Shown here: positions 43,443 to 52,787 of the stretch, one piece after another
How the letters are laid out: each line of letters begins with the position of its first letter
How positions within the stretch are numbered: the stretch's first letter is position 1
Assembly (NCBI GenBank): GCA_038065355.1
Contig: JBBTRC010000005.1
Location: 30,530-94,529 of the forward strand
From: Patescibacteria group bacterium
GTDB lineage: Bacteria > Patescibacteriota > Minisyncoccia > Phycocordibacterales > UBA918
Reading direction: 5' to 3'
Length of the DNA stretch: 64,000 nt
The notes under the pieces: generated by a model
The model's database searches: none
Told to the model about the DNA's origin: nothing
Seen by the model: the letters and a program-made list of their open reading frames with translations, nothing else
Translations under genes and position numbers: made by a program

Positions 43443-46400
43443 TCTCTGTACGAGTTCGTACGGTGAGCGCGGCCAGCAAGATTACGAGAAGGGTAAACAC
43501 GGCGGCAGTGTCATCGCTGCCAGTACCGGTATTGGCTCCGCCAAAGGGCACGAGGCTAACTTGCTCGCCCAAGACCAGCGGAGTTGGTGCTGGCGTATCA
43601 TTTCCGTCATTATCACCACCCGAAGAGCCGTGTGAACGACGGCCACCTCCGCCACCGGATTGAGTGCCAGGAGTTTCTGGTTCTTCATCGATGATACTTT
43701 CATCAAAGAAGTTGTAGAAGTCGCATTGGTAGTCATCTGATTCTGATTCGCTTGAAATTTCGAAGAGACAGTATAGTTCGTCGCTATCAAGTTCGACTGA
43801 ACTTCCGTTTTGCTGTACGTCGTCTTGGAACCAGTGCTCAGGTAGTGCTTCGTACACTTTCCAGTCGCCAGCCGTGACTTCAAATGAGTAGTGGCCGGTT
43901 TGGTCGGTGGTAGTTGAGAGAACTTCTTCGCCATCGGTCGCATAGATTGTCCAACCGGCTACTGGAGTTGGGTCAGCGTCGGTTACCACTTCGTACTTAT
44001 AGCCATCAAGTAGGTAGGTTTCGTTCTCGGGTTCTGGTGCTGTGGTCACTTCGCAACCGACTTCGCCGGTCACATCAAGACGGAAAAGAAGTCCGGCTGG
44101 ATTTTGAACCTGGTTGGCACCATCGACACCTAAGTTGGTAACTTCAATGCGTAAGGTATTCTCGGCGTTCTCAAATAAAAACGGTAGAATGTCGACATCA
44201 TCCTTTTGCGTGTGGGCTTGGAAGTTGTTTTCGACATCAGAACGGTCAAGCGCCAAGCTGTCGTTTACATACACTCGGTAACTATTGTCGGCAGCCACAT
44301 CGAGCAAAGCAACCAGCGGATCGTTCACGGTGAATGTTTCAATGAAGTTGAAAGTCGTGTCAACTTCAGGATCTTCAATATATTCTGTCGGCCAGATCCA
44401 AGTGGCATCGGTAATATCGGCCGTCCAAGCTTCGTGTTCATTGGCGTGCACAGGGAAACCATTGGTTTCAAATACCAAGGTGGTTTCGTCGCTTACAATT
44501 TCGAGCGTACAGCGATCTACTTCCGGTTCTATTGGTACGTTCCAGGCGACGCAGTGATACGTTTGGTCGTCAGAAATACCGTCGACACGGTCAAAGTTGT
44601 CGTAGTTTTTGCCGTCGGTGTGACAATACAGTTCTGCCGTCACATCGTCGTCGTTGGTAAGATTGCCAGGACCGTAGGTGAACGGAATGTAGCCATCTTT
44701 CAATACTTCGCGCACCCATAGGTGACCAGCTTCGCCAAGCTGGGCAAGACTGATTTCTGTGGTTGTTCGGCCATCGGCGTTCGTCTCACCAAAGAGGTGC
44801 CAGTTGCCTGAGGCTGTGCCATAAAATGGCGAGTCGGGCAGATTGCTGTCGGGATTGGTGTTATCAGGCAACGCCCACTCAAATTCCCAGCCTGCTGCCA
44901 AACGGCAAGACTCGTGTTCAGCGACCCAGTCGGCGGCGGTTTCGTTCGTGATGTCGGGCGCGCCGTCGGCATTATTGTTCCAGTCTGGCAAATCTTCTTC
45001 ATCTGAACAGACGATCTTGTCAGCTACTAAATTAAAAGTTGGTGCTTCGGTAATATTGCGATTGACTACTTTGAATCGCTTGTGCGGTTCGTTAACGTTC
45101 ACTTGTTTCAAACCAGATACGTTCTCCCAGCCGTCTTGCAGAATTTCATTCACGCGATACTCACCGTACGGTACGTTGTTGAAGGTGACACAGCCGTTTT
45201 CACCAGTCACGCCAGTGTAGCCCTCGAAGAGGTCAACACCAATGACGCCGGTGTTGTCGTTGTACCAGTCGGGTTGCGGAGTCGTACCACTGCCGTCAAA
45301 AATACGGAAGTTGGCTGAGCCAGTCGTACTAGGAACAAAGCCCTGCATGTAGCGATGGAGGCTGTTGTACGGACCCCAGTTTGAGTTTGGATCGAAAGCT
45401 TGATTGATCTGAAGTTCAAGGATGTCGGTTTGGAAGCCGATGAAGCCGTCCATGTGAGTCGACCAACCGTCTTCAGTTGAGTATTCGGCATCCACCGTGT
45501 TGAGCGGAGTGCGGTTGTTATTCCACGTTCCTTGAGCTTTCGCGACATACGACTGCCCAGCTTGAAGAATGGTGGTCGTATCCAAGCCAGCCACAAGATT
45601 GGCTGGCACATTTATGTCTTCGAGTTTCTGGCCAAGCAGAGAGAGTTGCCAGCCTGAGAGTGGGTGTTGGTCAGGATCAAATTTACAAATGGTCACTTCG
45701 GCTTTGGGATGCGGTTCTTCACACACCCCTTCGGTAATCACAACCGCATCAAGGTCAAAACCGTCAGCAAGGGCGACGTGAAGCGCCGGGTTCGTGGTGT
45801 CGGTGAGGCGCACGTACTTGATCCAGGTAAGGCCGGTGCCTGCAAAGTCGATAAAACTAATGCGGTTAGGGGCTGGGTTGTTCGCAACACCGGCTACAAA
45901 CCAGGTCGTGCCGTCTTGACTCACTTCGACGGTGGCTTGTTCAACTGGGTACGTAGTGCCATTGGTCGCTTCGTAAATAGTAATGTCGGTGCCGGGTACT
46001 TCAAGCGCAAACTGCGTGAAGGCGAGCGTAATCGAGCCGCCGAAGCCAATCGAAAAGAAACCGGTGCCGCCGCCCGATACCCAGTCGGGCTGGCCAAGCG
46101 CCGCCGCTGGATCGATGCGTTCAGCTTGCGTAATTGGGTTGCCGTTTTTAAGGGTGCCTTGATTGGCTTCCAACACCGTCGCGGCGCCAATGTGTTCGCC
46201 TGCTTCACACTGTTCGACTTCGACTTCACGGTTTATGAATACACAGCGATATTCTGGTTCTTCAATCACTACGTCTGAAATCGAAAGAATTTGATTTTCT
46301 GGTATTTCGGTTATTTCTTCGTTAAAGAAAGTACAGATTTCAGCCTGTTCATACTCTTCGACATCGCCAAAGGTAGCCGAAACATCGACTTGGTACCAAT

Positions 46401-47478
46401 TGTCACGCACCTCTTCGATAACCTTCCAAGGGCCATTTTCCGGGTCAACCGCCACATCAGCACAGCCGAGCGGCCCGGTTTCTTTGATATAACTTTCGTC
46501 TCCGTTCGTGAAGGTAATGTGCCAGCCAGCGATTGGGTTTTCTTGTCCGTCATATTTACAGGCCGTGATTACTTCTTTGTCAGTGCCAATCGGTTCGCAA
46601 GCTGGATACTCTCCAACCGTGCCTTCCGGACATACTTCTACCGGCGGTACACAGTCTGGGAAAGTACCGGTGTACCCAAGTGGACATTCTTCAACTACTG
46701 GTTCACCGTCACAACCTCCTTGATTGTAGATTTGTTCCCCAGTTAGGCCGTTGCTGTAAAGGGTAGTCCAGTTTTTTCCGTCGTAATGCTCAATCGCACC
46801 ACCGTCGAAATTGTAGTCAAAGGGTGGAATGATATCTCCAAGGTCGTCCAAACCACCATCAATGTGGTCATCATGTCCGTTTGGCAGATTTACGATACTT
46901 TTTGCGTCAACAGTATTAACGATATAGGGGTTAGCATCCGCTTCCGTTGCATGACAGAGAGTGATGTTTGGATTTAGTTCTTCTGCCGGTGGTTCAGCCA
47001 CGTCGCCTGTGACTTGGTAGTTAGTGATGGAAACCTCGTCGTCTTCCGCATTGGCTGTCATTTCAAAATAAATTTGCAAATCAGCCGCTTGTGCTTCTAG
47101 AGGCAAATTGATCAAGATCGAGCCGGTTTCATCTGTGGCTGGATTTTGGCCTGTCTCGTTCTTACCATTCACGAAACCAAGTTCATTATCAACACTGACA
47201 GATCGCCAGCCATACGTGAATTTGTCTCCCGAATCAATCAACTCGGCATTGTAATCAAAAGACAGCACTAAGTTCGTATGGCTCGCCGCGTCCACTGAAC
47301 TCGAGTCATGTCGCGGTGAGGCTTGCGTTAAAGCCGCATTAGCTGGACCTAAAATACTGGTCGCCGCAAACGCGACAAAAAAAGACGCCGGGAAGGCGCT
47401 TAATACTAAAGACAGAACGGTCACAGCTGCAAAAAAGCGCGCAGTGAAGCGTTGCTTTGTGAAAGTAATGATATTCAT
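43435..47478 (-). CDS. Large secreted adhesin/pilin-like protein (~1347 aa from Met MNIITF; 1381 aa from the first ATG) with multiple CnaB/SpaA-type domains, a Gly-rich linker, and a C-terminal sorting-signal-like tail (motif region + hydrophobic helix + RTRTENA). Probable sortase substrate.
   Basis: Signal peptide FAAVTVLSLVLSAFPASFFVAFAA. Repeated G(E/D/P)(Y/W)(K/R)V.E....(G/N/H)W..D motifs. C-terminus ...SLVPFGGANTGTGSDDTAAVFTLLVILLAALTVRTRTENA lacks a canonical LPXTG. Confidence 0.7.
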   Translation of the reverse strand: MNIITFTKQRFTARFFAAVTVLSLVLSAFPASFFVAFAATSILGPANAALTQASPRHDSSSVDAASHTNLVLSFDYNAELIDSGDKFTYGWRSVSVDNELGFVNGKNETGQNPATDETGSILINLPLEAQAADLQIYFEMTANAEDDEVSITNYQVTGDVAEPPAEELNPNITLCHATEADANPYIVNTVDAKSIVNLPNGHDDHIDGGLDDLGDIIPPFDYNFDGGAIEHYDGKNWTTLYSNGLTGEQIYNQGGCDGEPVVEECPLGYTGTFPDCVPPVEVCPEGTVGEYPACEPIGTDKEVITACKYDGQENPIAGWHITFTNGDESYIKETGPLGCADVAVDPENGPWKVIEEVRDNWYQVDVSATFGDVEEYEQAEICTFFNEEITEIPENQILSISDVVIEEPEYRCVFINREVEVEQCEAGEHIGAATVLEANQGTLKNGNPITQAERIDPAAALGQPDWVSGGGTGFFSIGFGGSITLAFTQFALEVPGTDITIYEATNGTTYPVEQATVEVSQDGTTWFVAGVANNPAPNRISFIDFAGTGLTWIKYVRLTDTTNPALHVALADGFDLDAVVITEGVCEEPHPKAEVTICKFDPDQHPLSGWQLSLLGQKLEDINVPANLVAGLDTTTILQAGQSYVAKAQGTWNNNRTPLNTVDAEYSTEDGWSTHMDGFIGFQTDILELQINQAFDPNSNWGPYNSLHRYMQGFVPSTTGSANFRIFDGSGTTPQPDWYNDNTGVIGVDLFEGYTGVTGENGCVTFNNVPYGEYRVNEILQDGWENVSGLKQVNVNEPHKRFKVVNRNITEAPTFNLVADKIVCSDEEDLPDWNNNADGAPDITNETAADWVAEHESCRLAAGWEFEWALPDNTNPDSNLPDSPFYGTASGNWHLFGETNADGRTTTEISLAQLGEAGHLWVREVLKDGYIPFTYGPGNLTNDDDVTAELYCHTDGKNYDNFDRVDGISDDQTYHCVAWNVPIEPEVDRCTLEIVSDETTLVFETNGFPVHANEHEAWTADITDATWIWPTEYIEDPEVDTTFNFIETFTVNDPLVALLDVAADNSYRVYVNDSLALDRSDVENNFQAHTQKDDVDILPFLFENAENTLRIEVTNLGVDGANQVQNPAGLLFRLDVTGEVGCEVTTAPEPENETYLLDGYKYEVVTDADPTPVAGWTIYATDGEEVLSTTTDQTGHYSFEVTAGDWKVYEALPEHWFQDDVQQNGSSVELDSDELYCLFEISSESESDDYQCDFYNFFDESIIDEEPETPGTQSGGGGGRRSHGSSGGDNDGNDTPAPTPLVLGEQVSLVPFGGANTGTGSDDTAAVFTLLVILLAALTVRTRTENA

Positions 47479-47607
47479 AAATTTTACCCTGACTAACGAA
47501 GTAATCACACGGCAGAAAGAGATTTGTCGTGTTACGGTTACTTTACTCCTTTCTTTCAAAAAAGCAAGTCTAGAACACAAGAGTCCAAATTTGGCAATAG
47601 ACAGGGG

Positions 47608-48576
47608 CTAGAAGCTATGGCACGCGACTTGCTCACACCTGATTCCCAATTTGCGCATAATGGCCAGATTAGCACATATGCCAACCGGTACAGCGGTGGT
47701 AGTCGCAACACCAGCGAACGCTTCCTTCTCGAGCATGAGGAGACGCTCGTCAGCTCGGTGCATATGTTCATAAGCTCGCTCCAGAAACGCCCGCCGCTCT
47801 GCGCTTAGTTCTCGGGAAGAAAAATTGTCGTCAAGTAACCACGGAAACGCTCCGCAGGTATGAAAATTTTTATTGCCTTCGTCTGTGATGGTGCCGATGA
47901 GCCGGACGGTTTTTTGGCTACGCAAAAGTTCCAGGTCGCGAGGCAATAGTTCGGTCACGTTCGTCACCCAGCGGTTGCCAGAAATATCCTCAAACACGAT
48001 TGTCGTGGCCGGCGCGTCTGTCTCCTCGAGTACCCGACGACCAATAAGTCGCCCTTCCGCTGGCACCTGCCAGAGTTTTTGCTCCAGCTTTTCCTGTGAC
48101 ATGTAAATGGCCAGTTGTTGCCCGAGCGTGTGGTCGATGAGATAACCAAAACCAAACGCCTGCAAGAGCGCGCCGCCAGCAAAACTAAACATGACACTGC
48201 TCGAGACCAAAAGCCAGAGCGGGTGTCGGTAGCCTCGTTTGGTCTGCCGCAAGTTGTAGACTCCCATGAGCACCATGCCCGCCAACACCGCAAACCAGAG
48301 GTATGGCAAAAATTCTACAAAAAAAGTAGTGAAGTTTTCGTGGGTTGCCTCGTAGAGCGCATACTGGCGGTGGGTCACGACAAATAGCGTGACCGCGATC
48401 GCTACCGCCCCTATGAACACGGCGACCGCCCACAAGAACCAAATAAAACTATCCTGGCACCAGAAAAACCAGCGAGACTTGGGGCAGACCCGCTCCTCTT
48501 CGATGCGTTCCAAAACCGCCTGTTTGAGTTCTTGTGGTGGTTGCTCGGCCATATCACTATATACGTATTGCTTCAT
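47608..48576 (-). CDS. Putative anti-sigma factor: cytoplasmic N-terminus, single TM, large extracytoplasmic domain. Co-transcribed with the ECF sigma factor.
   Basis: Overlaps the sigma gene by 20 nt. N-terminal ~35 cytoplasmic residues then TM FIWFLWAVAVFIGAVAIAVTLFVV. Confidence 0.55.
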   Translation of the reverse strand: MKQYVYSDMAEQPPQELKQAVLERIEEERVCPKSRWFFWCQDSFIWFLWAVAVFIGAVAIAVTLFVVTHRQYALYEATHENFTTFFVEFLPYLWFAVLAGMVLMGVYNLRQTKRGYRHPLWLLVSSSVMFSFAGGALLQAFGFGYLIDHTLGQQLAIYMSQEKLEQKLWQVPAEGRLIGRRVLEETDAPATTIVFEDISGNRWVTNVTELLPRDLELLRSQKTVRLIGTITDEGNKNFHTCGAFPWLLDDNFSSRELSAERRAFLERAYEHMHRADERLLMLEKEAFAGVATTTAVPVGICANLAIMRKLGIRCEQVACHSF

Positions 48577-49141
48577 GATTTAATGCAGCTTTTAGCTGTT
48601 TTTTGCCCCTATGAATAAGTGTTCCTACCGAACCTATTGGTATCTGCAAAATATCTGATATTTCATCATACTCTTTGTGTTCAAAAAAGCGTAAGACGAG
48701 TACTTGCCGGTATTTGTCGTGGAGTGAAAAGAGCGCTTTGTTCAATTCTGCCACATTGATAGTTTTATCAAACTGCACATCAGCTCGAATATCCTTGCTC
48801 GCCAAAAGCGAAAAAATTTCATCGCTGTCTGACACCAGATGCCCCTCGGGTCGGACCGATGATTTCCGGTACCAGCTAACCGCCTCATTGTGGGCGATGC
48901 GGTAAATCCACGACGAAAATGAGAGCGTGGTATCAAAGCCGTTTAGGTTTTTATACACCTTGATAAATATTTCTTGCAAGACATCCCGCTGATCTTCCGC
49001 ATTGCGGATACCGAGCCGGGCGATGTAGCGTGTGAGTTTCGCTTCGTACCGATCAATCAACTCGCCGAACTGCTCCTTGTCTACCAAGGTTTTTTTAACC
49101 AATTCCTCATCACTCGGTGGCAAAGCGTAAGGTTGTTCCAT
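48557..49141 (-). CDS. ECF-type RNA polymerase sigma-70 factor.
   Basis: Region 2 (VLQEIFIKVYKNLNGFD...FSSWIYRIAHNEAVSWYRK) and region 4 (YRQVLVLRFFEHKEYDEISDILQIPIGSVGTLIHRGKKQL). Confidence 0.85.
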   Translation of the reverse strand: MEQPYALPPSDEELVKKTLVDKEQFGELIDRYEAKLTRYIARLGIRNAEDQRDVLQEIFIKVYKNLNGFDTTLSFSSWIYRIAHNEAVSWYRKSSVRPEGHLVSDSDEIFSLLASKDIRADVQFDKTINVAELNKALFSLHDKYRQVLVLRFFEHKEYDEISDILQIPIGSVGTLIHRGKKQLKAALNHEAIRI

Positions 49142-49409
49142 AAAGCGCGTGCTGTCAATAGTGACACGAAAACGAATAATTTGAAACTCGCTACTGTCAG
49201 AATTGGTAGGAATAGGTGGGATATCGAAACCCGCCCCTCATTGCCTATTTTGAACGTCCGCGGGGGTACAGTGCTTGTAGTGGTGTCCAAACATCGGAGC
49301 GTGTGAAAAATAGGCAACGAGGGGACAACTCCCGGAATATCCACACATTCTTATGTCACCGAACTGTTATAAAAGTTGCATTTCGCTCGCACTGTGACAT
49401 AGTGTCGAA

Positions 49410-50117
49410 ATGAAATTTCCCATTCGAATTAATAAATACCTGGCCGAAATGGGCGTCGCCTCTCGGCGCGAGGCCGATGTGCGTATCGCCGCCGGTCACG
49501 TGTTGGTGAATGGAAAACCGGCTGTGATTGGGCAGATGGTAAGTGAGACTGACCAGATAAAAGTAACAGGAACGACCAAAGACAAAAGTTACTACGCTTA
49601 CTACAAAGGCCGGGGCGTCGTGACTCACGGCGGTGACGATGAAGAGCGTGACGTCCTCACGCGTATTCAAAAAGAGCACGGCCTCGCTCACGTCGCGCCA
49701 ATTGGCCGGTTGCCGAAGGGTGCCGAAGGGTTGCTCATTTTAAGCGACGACGGCCGCGTCACTGCCCCACTGCTCGACCCTGAAGCCGGACACGAGAAAG
49801 AATACGACGTCACGGTCGACAAAAACATTTCGCCGATGTTTCAAAGAGTGATGGCGAGCGGCGTCGACATCGAAGGCTATCGTACAAAACCAGCCCGTCT
49901 CATCCCTCACGAAGCAAACGAGAAACGTTTTCGTATCATTCTCACCGAAGGCAAAAAACACCAACTCGACCGCATGTGCGCGGCCCTCGGATACCAAGTA
50001 GAGACGTTGAAGCGCGTCCGTGTGCTCAACATCGAGCTTGGGAAATTAAAGCCAAATCAGTACCGAAAAATAACCGGCGAGGAACTCAAAGTATTTTTAA
50101 AGACTCTCGGCATCTAG
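49410..50117 (+). CDS. RsuA/RluB-family rRNA pseudouridine synthase with N-terminal S4 RNA-binding domain.
   Basis: S4 motif IRINKYLAEMGVASRREADVRIAAGHVLVNG. Catalytic-region motif GRLPKGAEGLLILSDDG. Confidence 0.8.
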   Translation: MKFPIRINKYLAEMGVASRREADVRIAAGHVLVNGKPAVIGQMVSETDQIKVTGTTKDKSYYAYYKGRGVVTHGGDDEERDVLTRIQKEHGLAHVAPIGRLPKGAEGLLILSDDGRVTAPLLDPEAGHEKEYDVTVDKNISPMFQRVMASGVDIEGYRTKPARLIPHEANEKRFRIILTEGKKHQLDRMCAALGYQVETLKRVRVLNIELGKLKPNQYRKITGEELKVFLKTLGI

Positions 50118-50128
50118 CGGAACGATTA

Positions 50129-51139
50129 CTATGGAAGGTTGAGGATGATTACACTGCGCTTCATCATCGTCTCGCGAGTTTTTTCGTCGTAGACACCTTT
50201 CTCGAACGCTATCACCTGATCTTCCTGATATTCGGTGAGTGCCGCAACCGTCACATTTCCAAAATAGCCAGTCGGACCAACCGACGCCAACGCGTCCCGC
50301 GCTGGACCGTCGGAAGCGTAGATCAAATAGAGTTGGAGTAGCGCCACCGTACTTCCCTGGTCTCCTCGTGTCAGTCCAGAAGCCACCGCTTTTGGTATGC
50401 TGGCAACGAGAGCAGAGAGTTCTTGGAGCGCGGTTCTTTGACTTACAATTCCCTTTTCCGCCAAGGTTTCTTCGACTACCGGTGGTACATTAAGGCCGGC
50501 TTGGACGGCCGTTTCTAAATCGGTGGCAAAATTCGCAACCAAAAATTCTGCATACTCTTCGTCATTTCTAATATTGCTAAAAATACCCCGGAGGAACGAC
50601 ATTTTTTCTTTGAGCGTGAAGCTGTCGGTCAGGCGCGGATAAGGATCAGTTGCTTGGTCGTCTTCGTCTCGAATTTCAAAATGTAGGTGATACACGCCAG
50701 GAGGAGCATTTCCGGTGTCTCCGACCGTGCCGATAAAATCTCCCGGTTCAAGCTCGTCTCCCGAGTTAAGGTTGGCGATCGTGTCGAGGTGCAAGTAGCG
50801 GAATGTCTCGCCGCCCGGGTTGGCTGTGTAGACGTACTTGCCAGCACTTTTTTCCTCGCCGGTTTTAAGTACGATCGCGGCCGTCGGCGAAACCACTGGA
50901 GCGCCTTGGGGCGCCAGTAAATCTTCTCCTTCATGTGAGCGCTCACCATCATCGCGCGCTTCACCAAAGTCAGGATCAATGTCCGCAAAAGAAACACCGA
51001 ATAAGATCGGTATCGGAATTGACGCTACTGTATCCGAATCAAGCCTGCTTCGGTCAACCGGATATGAACCGTATTCCGCTAGTGTAAGGTGTGGCGAAAT
51101 AAGCAATATTGCCACGAGTGAAATGTATAGAATTTTCAT
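50129..51139 (-). CDS. Secreted M23-family metallopeptidase with a C-terminal peptidoglycan-binding-like domain.
   Basis: HEGEDL...DTGNAPPGVYHLHFE (HxxxD / HxH motifs). C-terminal PG_binding_1-like segment GDQGSTVALLQLYLIYAS... Confidence 0.8.
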   Translation of the reverse strand: MKILYISLVAILLISPHLTLAEYGSYPVDRSRLDSDTVASIPIPILFGVSFADIDPDFGEARDDGERSHEGEDLLAPQGAPVVSPTAAIVLKTGEEKSAGKYVYTANPGGETFRYLHLDTIANLNSGDELEPGDFIGTVGDTGNAPPGVYHLHFEIRDEDDQATDPYPRLTDSFTLKEKMSFLRGIFSNIRNDEEYAEFLVANFATDLETAVQAGLNVPPVVEETLAEKGIVSQRTALQELSALVASIPKAVASGLTRGDQGSTVALLQLYLIYASDGPARDALASVGPTGYFGNVTVAALTEYQEDQVIAFEKGVYDEKTRETMMKRSVIILNLP

Positions 51140-51159
51140 ATATTTACATTATGCCATAG

Positions 51160-51189
51160 AAAAACGAGGTCTCGCAGACCTCGTTTTTC
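51160..51189 (-). terminator. Rho-independent terminator (aaaaacgaggtct-cgcag-agacctcgttttt) after the 51199..51747 gene; usable on either strand.
   Basis: Perfect inverted repeat flanked by A-run and T-run. Confidence 0.55.
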
Positions 51190-51198
51190 CCCTAAGCA

Positions 51199-51747
51199 TC
51201 ATTGAATGTAGTGTTTGACCAAATTGCCAAACTTGCTCGTTATAAGATTGTGGTATTCCCAGTCACCCCAGACTGCCCAGTCAGGGTTGCCGGTGTAGCG
51301 CGGGTCGTCCTTATGGACAATCAGGTAGTTGTACTGATTGTTATCGTCGTAGCCGGAGCAGTTGATAAGATTGAGAATGGAACCGGTGTTCATGAACTCA
51401 TCGTTACCAAAATCCGCCCGATAGTTGATCACATAGTCACAGACAGTAAGAAATTCGGGATCGAGGTATTCAATACCCGGCACCGTACCCTGCACGCGAC
51501 CGTCACCCAGATCCCAATACCAGTTGGCGTCGTCGTAGGCATACACAGAAGTGTAGTGACCGTTGACGAACTGTCCGGCATCTGGATGGCCATTGTGATC
51601 TGCATCGAAGCGCTCGTGTCCCGGCACGACTGTAGTACTGGCTTCGGTGACGCTGGTGGCCACCAGAAGTAAGAGCGTCGCTATGGCCGCATATAGGTAT
51701 AGTTTGATAATTGTTGAAGCTATTTGATGAGTTGTCATAGACATCAA
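51199..51747 (-). CDS. Hypothetical secreted/anchored protein, Trp/Tyr/Asp-rich.
   Basis: 182-aa ORF with N-terminal hydrophobic segment LYLYAAIATLLLLVATSV. No recognisable motifs. Confidence 0.45.
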   Translation of the reverse strand: MMSMTTHQIASTIIKLYLYAAIATLLLLVATSVTEASTTVVPGHERFDADHNGHPDAGQFVNGHYTSVYAYDDANWYWDLGDGRVQGTVPGIEYLDPEFLTVCDYVINYRADFGNDEFMNTGSILNLINCSGYDDNNQYNYLIVHKDDPRYTGNPDWAVWGDWEYHNLITSKFGNLVKHYIQ

Positions 51748-51784
51748 ATTAGTCGAATAATCTCTACCTTACTATTGTAGCAAA

Positions 51785-51814
51785 AGAAAAGGCCGTCCGC
51801 GCGGACGGCCTTTT
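51785..51814 (-). terminator. Rho-independent terminator (aaaaggccgtccgc / gcggacggcctttt).
   Basis: Perfect GC-rich inverted repeat with flanking A/T runs, just downstream of the 51823..52173 ORF. Confidence 0.55.
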
Positions 51815-51822
51815 AAAGTTTT

Positions 51823-52173
51823 CTAGTTAAGGTAACGAGGTGTGGGCTGATACTCAAGCGCGGCGTGTAAAAAGTGCGAGTTCACCACCCAAAATTCGCG
51901 CCGCACCGCATCAACTGAATTGTAGTCGGTAGTTCTTAGTACCGCACGCAAAAGTAGCATTTGCTTGATTACCGCTTCGAGATTTTCGCCAAGTTTTGTC
52001 ATTCCGGGCGGTAGCGGCACTTTGCCCTCAAGAAGAGCTTCCGCGTAATTGTAAAATGCAACAATCTCCGGCCCAGACATGGGTTCAAGTTCCATCGTAT
52101 GTTCCTTTCCAAACGAAGGATACGATGGTAAACGACGGTATGTCAATACTACTTCCCTAGCCAGTACTTCCAT
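51823..52173 (-). CDS. Hypothetical protein, 116 aa; start codon uncertain.
   Basis: ORF only. Overlaps 52149..52778 by 25 nt. No motifs recognised. Confidence 0.35.
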   Translation of the reverse strand: MEVLAREVVLTYRRLPSYPSFGKEHTMELEPMSGPEIVAFYNYAEALLEGKVPLPPGMTKLGENLEAVIKQMLLLRAVLRTTDYNSVDAVRREFWVVNSHFLHAALEYQPTPRYLN

Positions 52174-52778
52174 TCAGACAGCTTCACTTCAATGAGGAAC
52201 GCCATGTCTTTAAGTTCGTCGGTCAAGCGTTGCACCCAGTCAGCTTTCGGCACTTCATACACGGCCGGTTCCTGTTCTTCTTCACTGTCTTCTAGCGCCT
52301 TCAAGAGTTTCTTCGCAATATCAGAACCGGCCTGATGAACGTTCACGACCGTTGGTAGGTCAAAAACGCTGACGGGGATGTTGATCACATATATGTTTTC
52401 CGTACCAATTTGCGGCGGTTCCCCGGCGCAAAGATAATTCCAAGTGTCATTTCGTTCAAAGTAAACCCATTGACCATCTGGAGCGGTACCTTTGTGTGCT
52501 GTGTTGATGTCCAAAAACTGTGCTGTGTACCCGCTGTCGTACAGACCTTCCATGTCGGCTTTCTTTTTGACATGTTCACGATTTTCTTTCGGCGTGGCAG
52601 TGACAATGAGGTAGTTTGGTTCCTTTACGCTGTACCCCACCATTCCCTCCGGATCGATACAGCTAAGTGCCTGTCCGACACTTGGAAAACTTATAAAAAA
52701 GACTCCTGCCACTAAAAGGTATATGTATTTCATATATAGATTATGACTTCTCAGTTGGATTTTTCTTACAACAGCCAA
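52149..52778 (-). CDS. Hypothetical secreted protein, 209 aa.
   Basis: N-terminal signal-like YIYLLVAGVFFISFPSVGQA. No motifs recognised. Confidence 0.45.
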   Translation of the reverse strand: MAVVRKIQLRSHNLYMKYIYLLVAGVFFISFPSVGQALSCIDPEGMVGYSVKEPNYLIVTATPKENREHVKKKADMEGLYDSGYTAQFLDINTAHKGTAPDGQWVYFERNDTWNYLCAGEPPQIGTENIYVINIPVSVFDLPTVVNVHQAGSDIAKKLLKALEDSEEEQEPAVYEVPKADWVQRLTDELKDMAFLIEVKLSEWKYWLGK

Positions 52779-52787
52779 ATATTTTCC

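Noticed and set aside
43435-43500. Canonical LPXTG sorting motif in the adhesin next to the sortase.
   Set aside because: Searched the C-terminal 80 residues. No LPXTG, LAXTG or NPQTN found. Only the tripartite tail architecture is present, so the motif is reported as non-canonical instead of being asserted.
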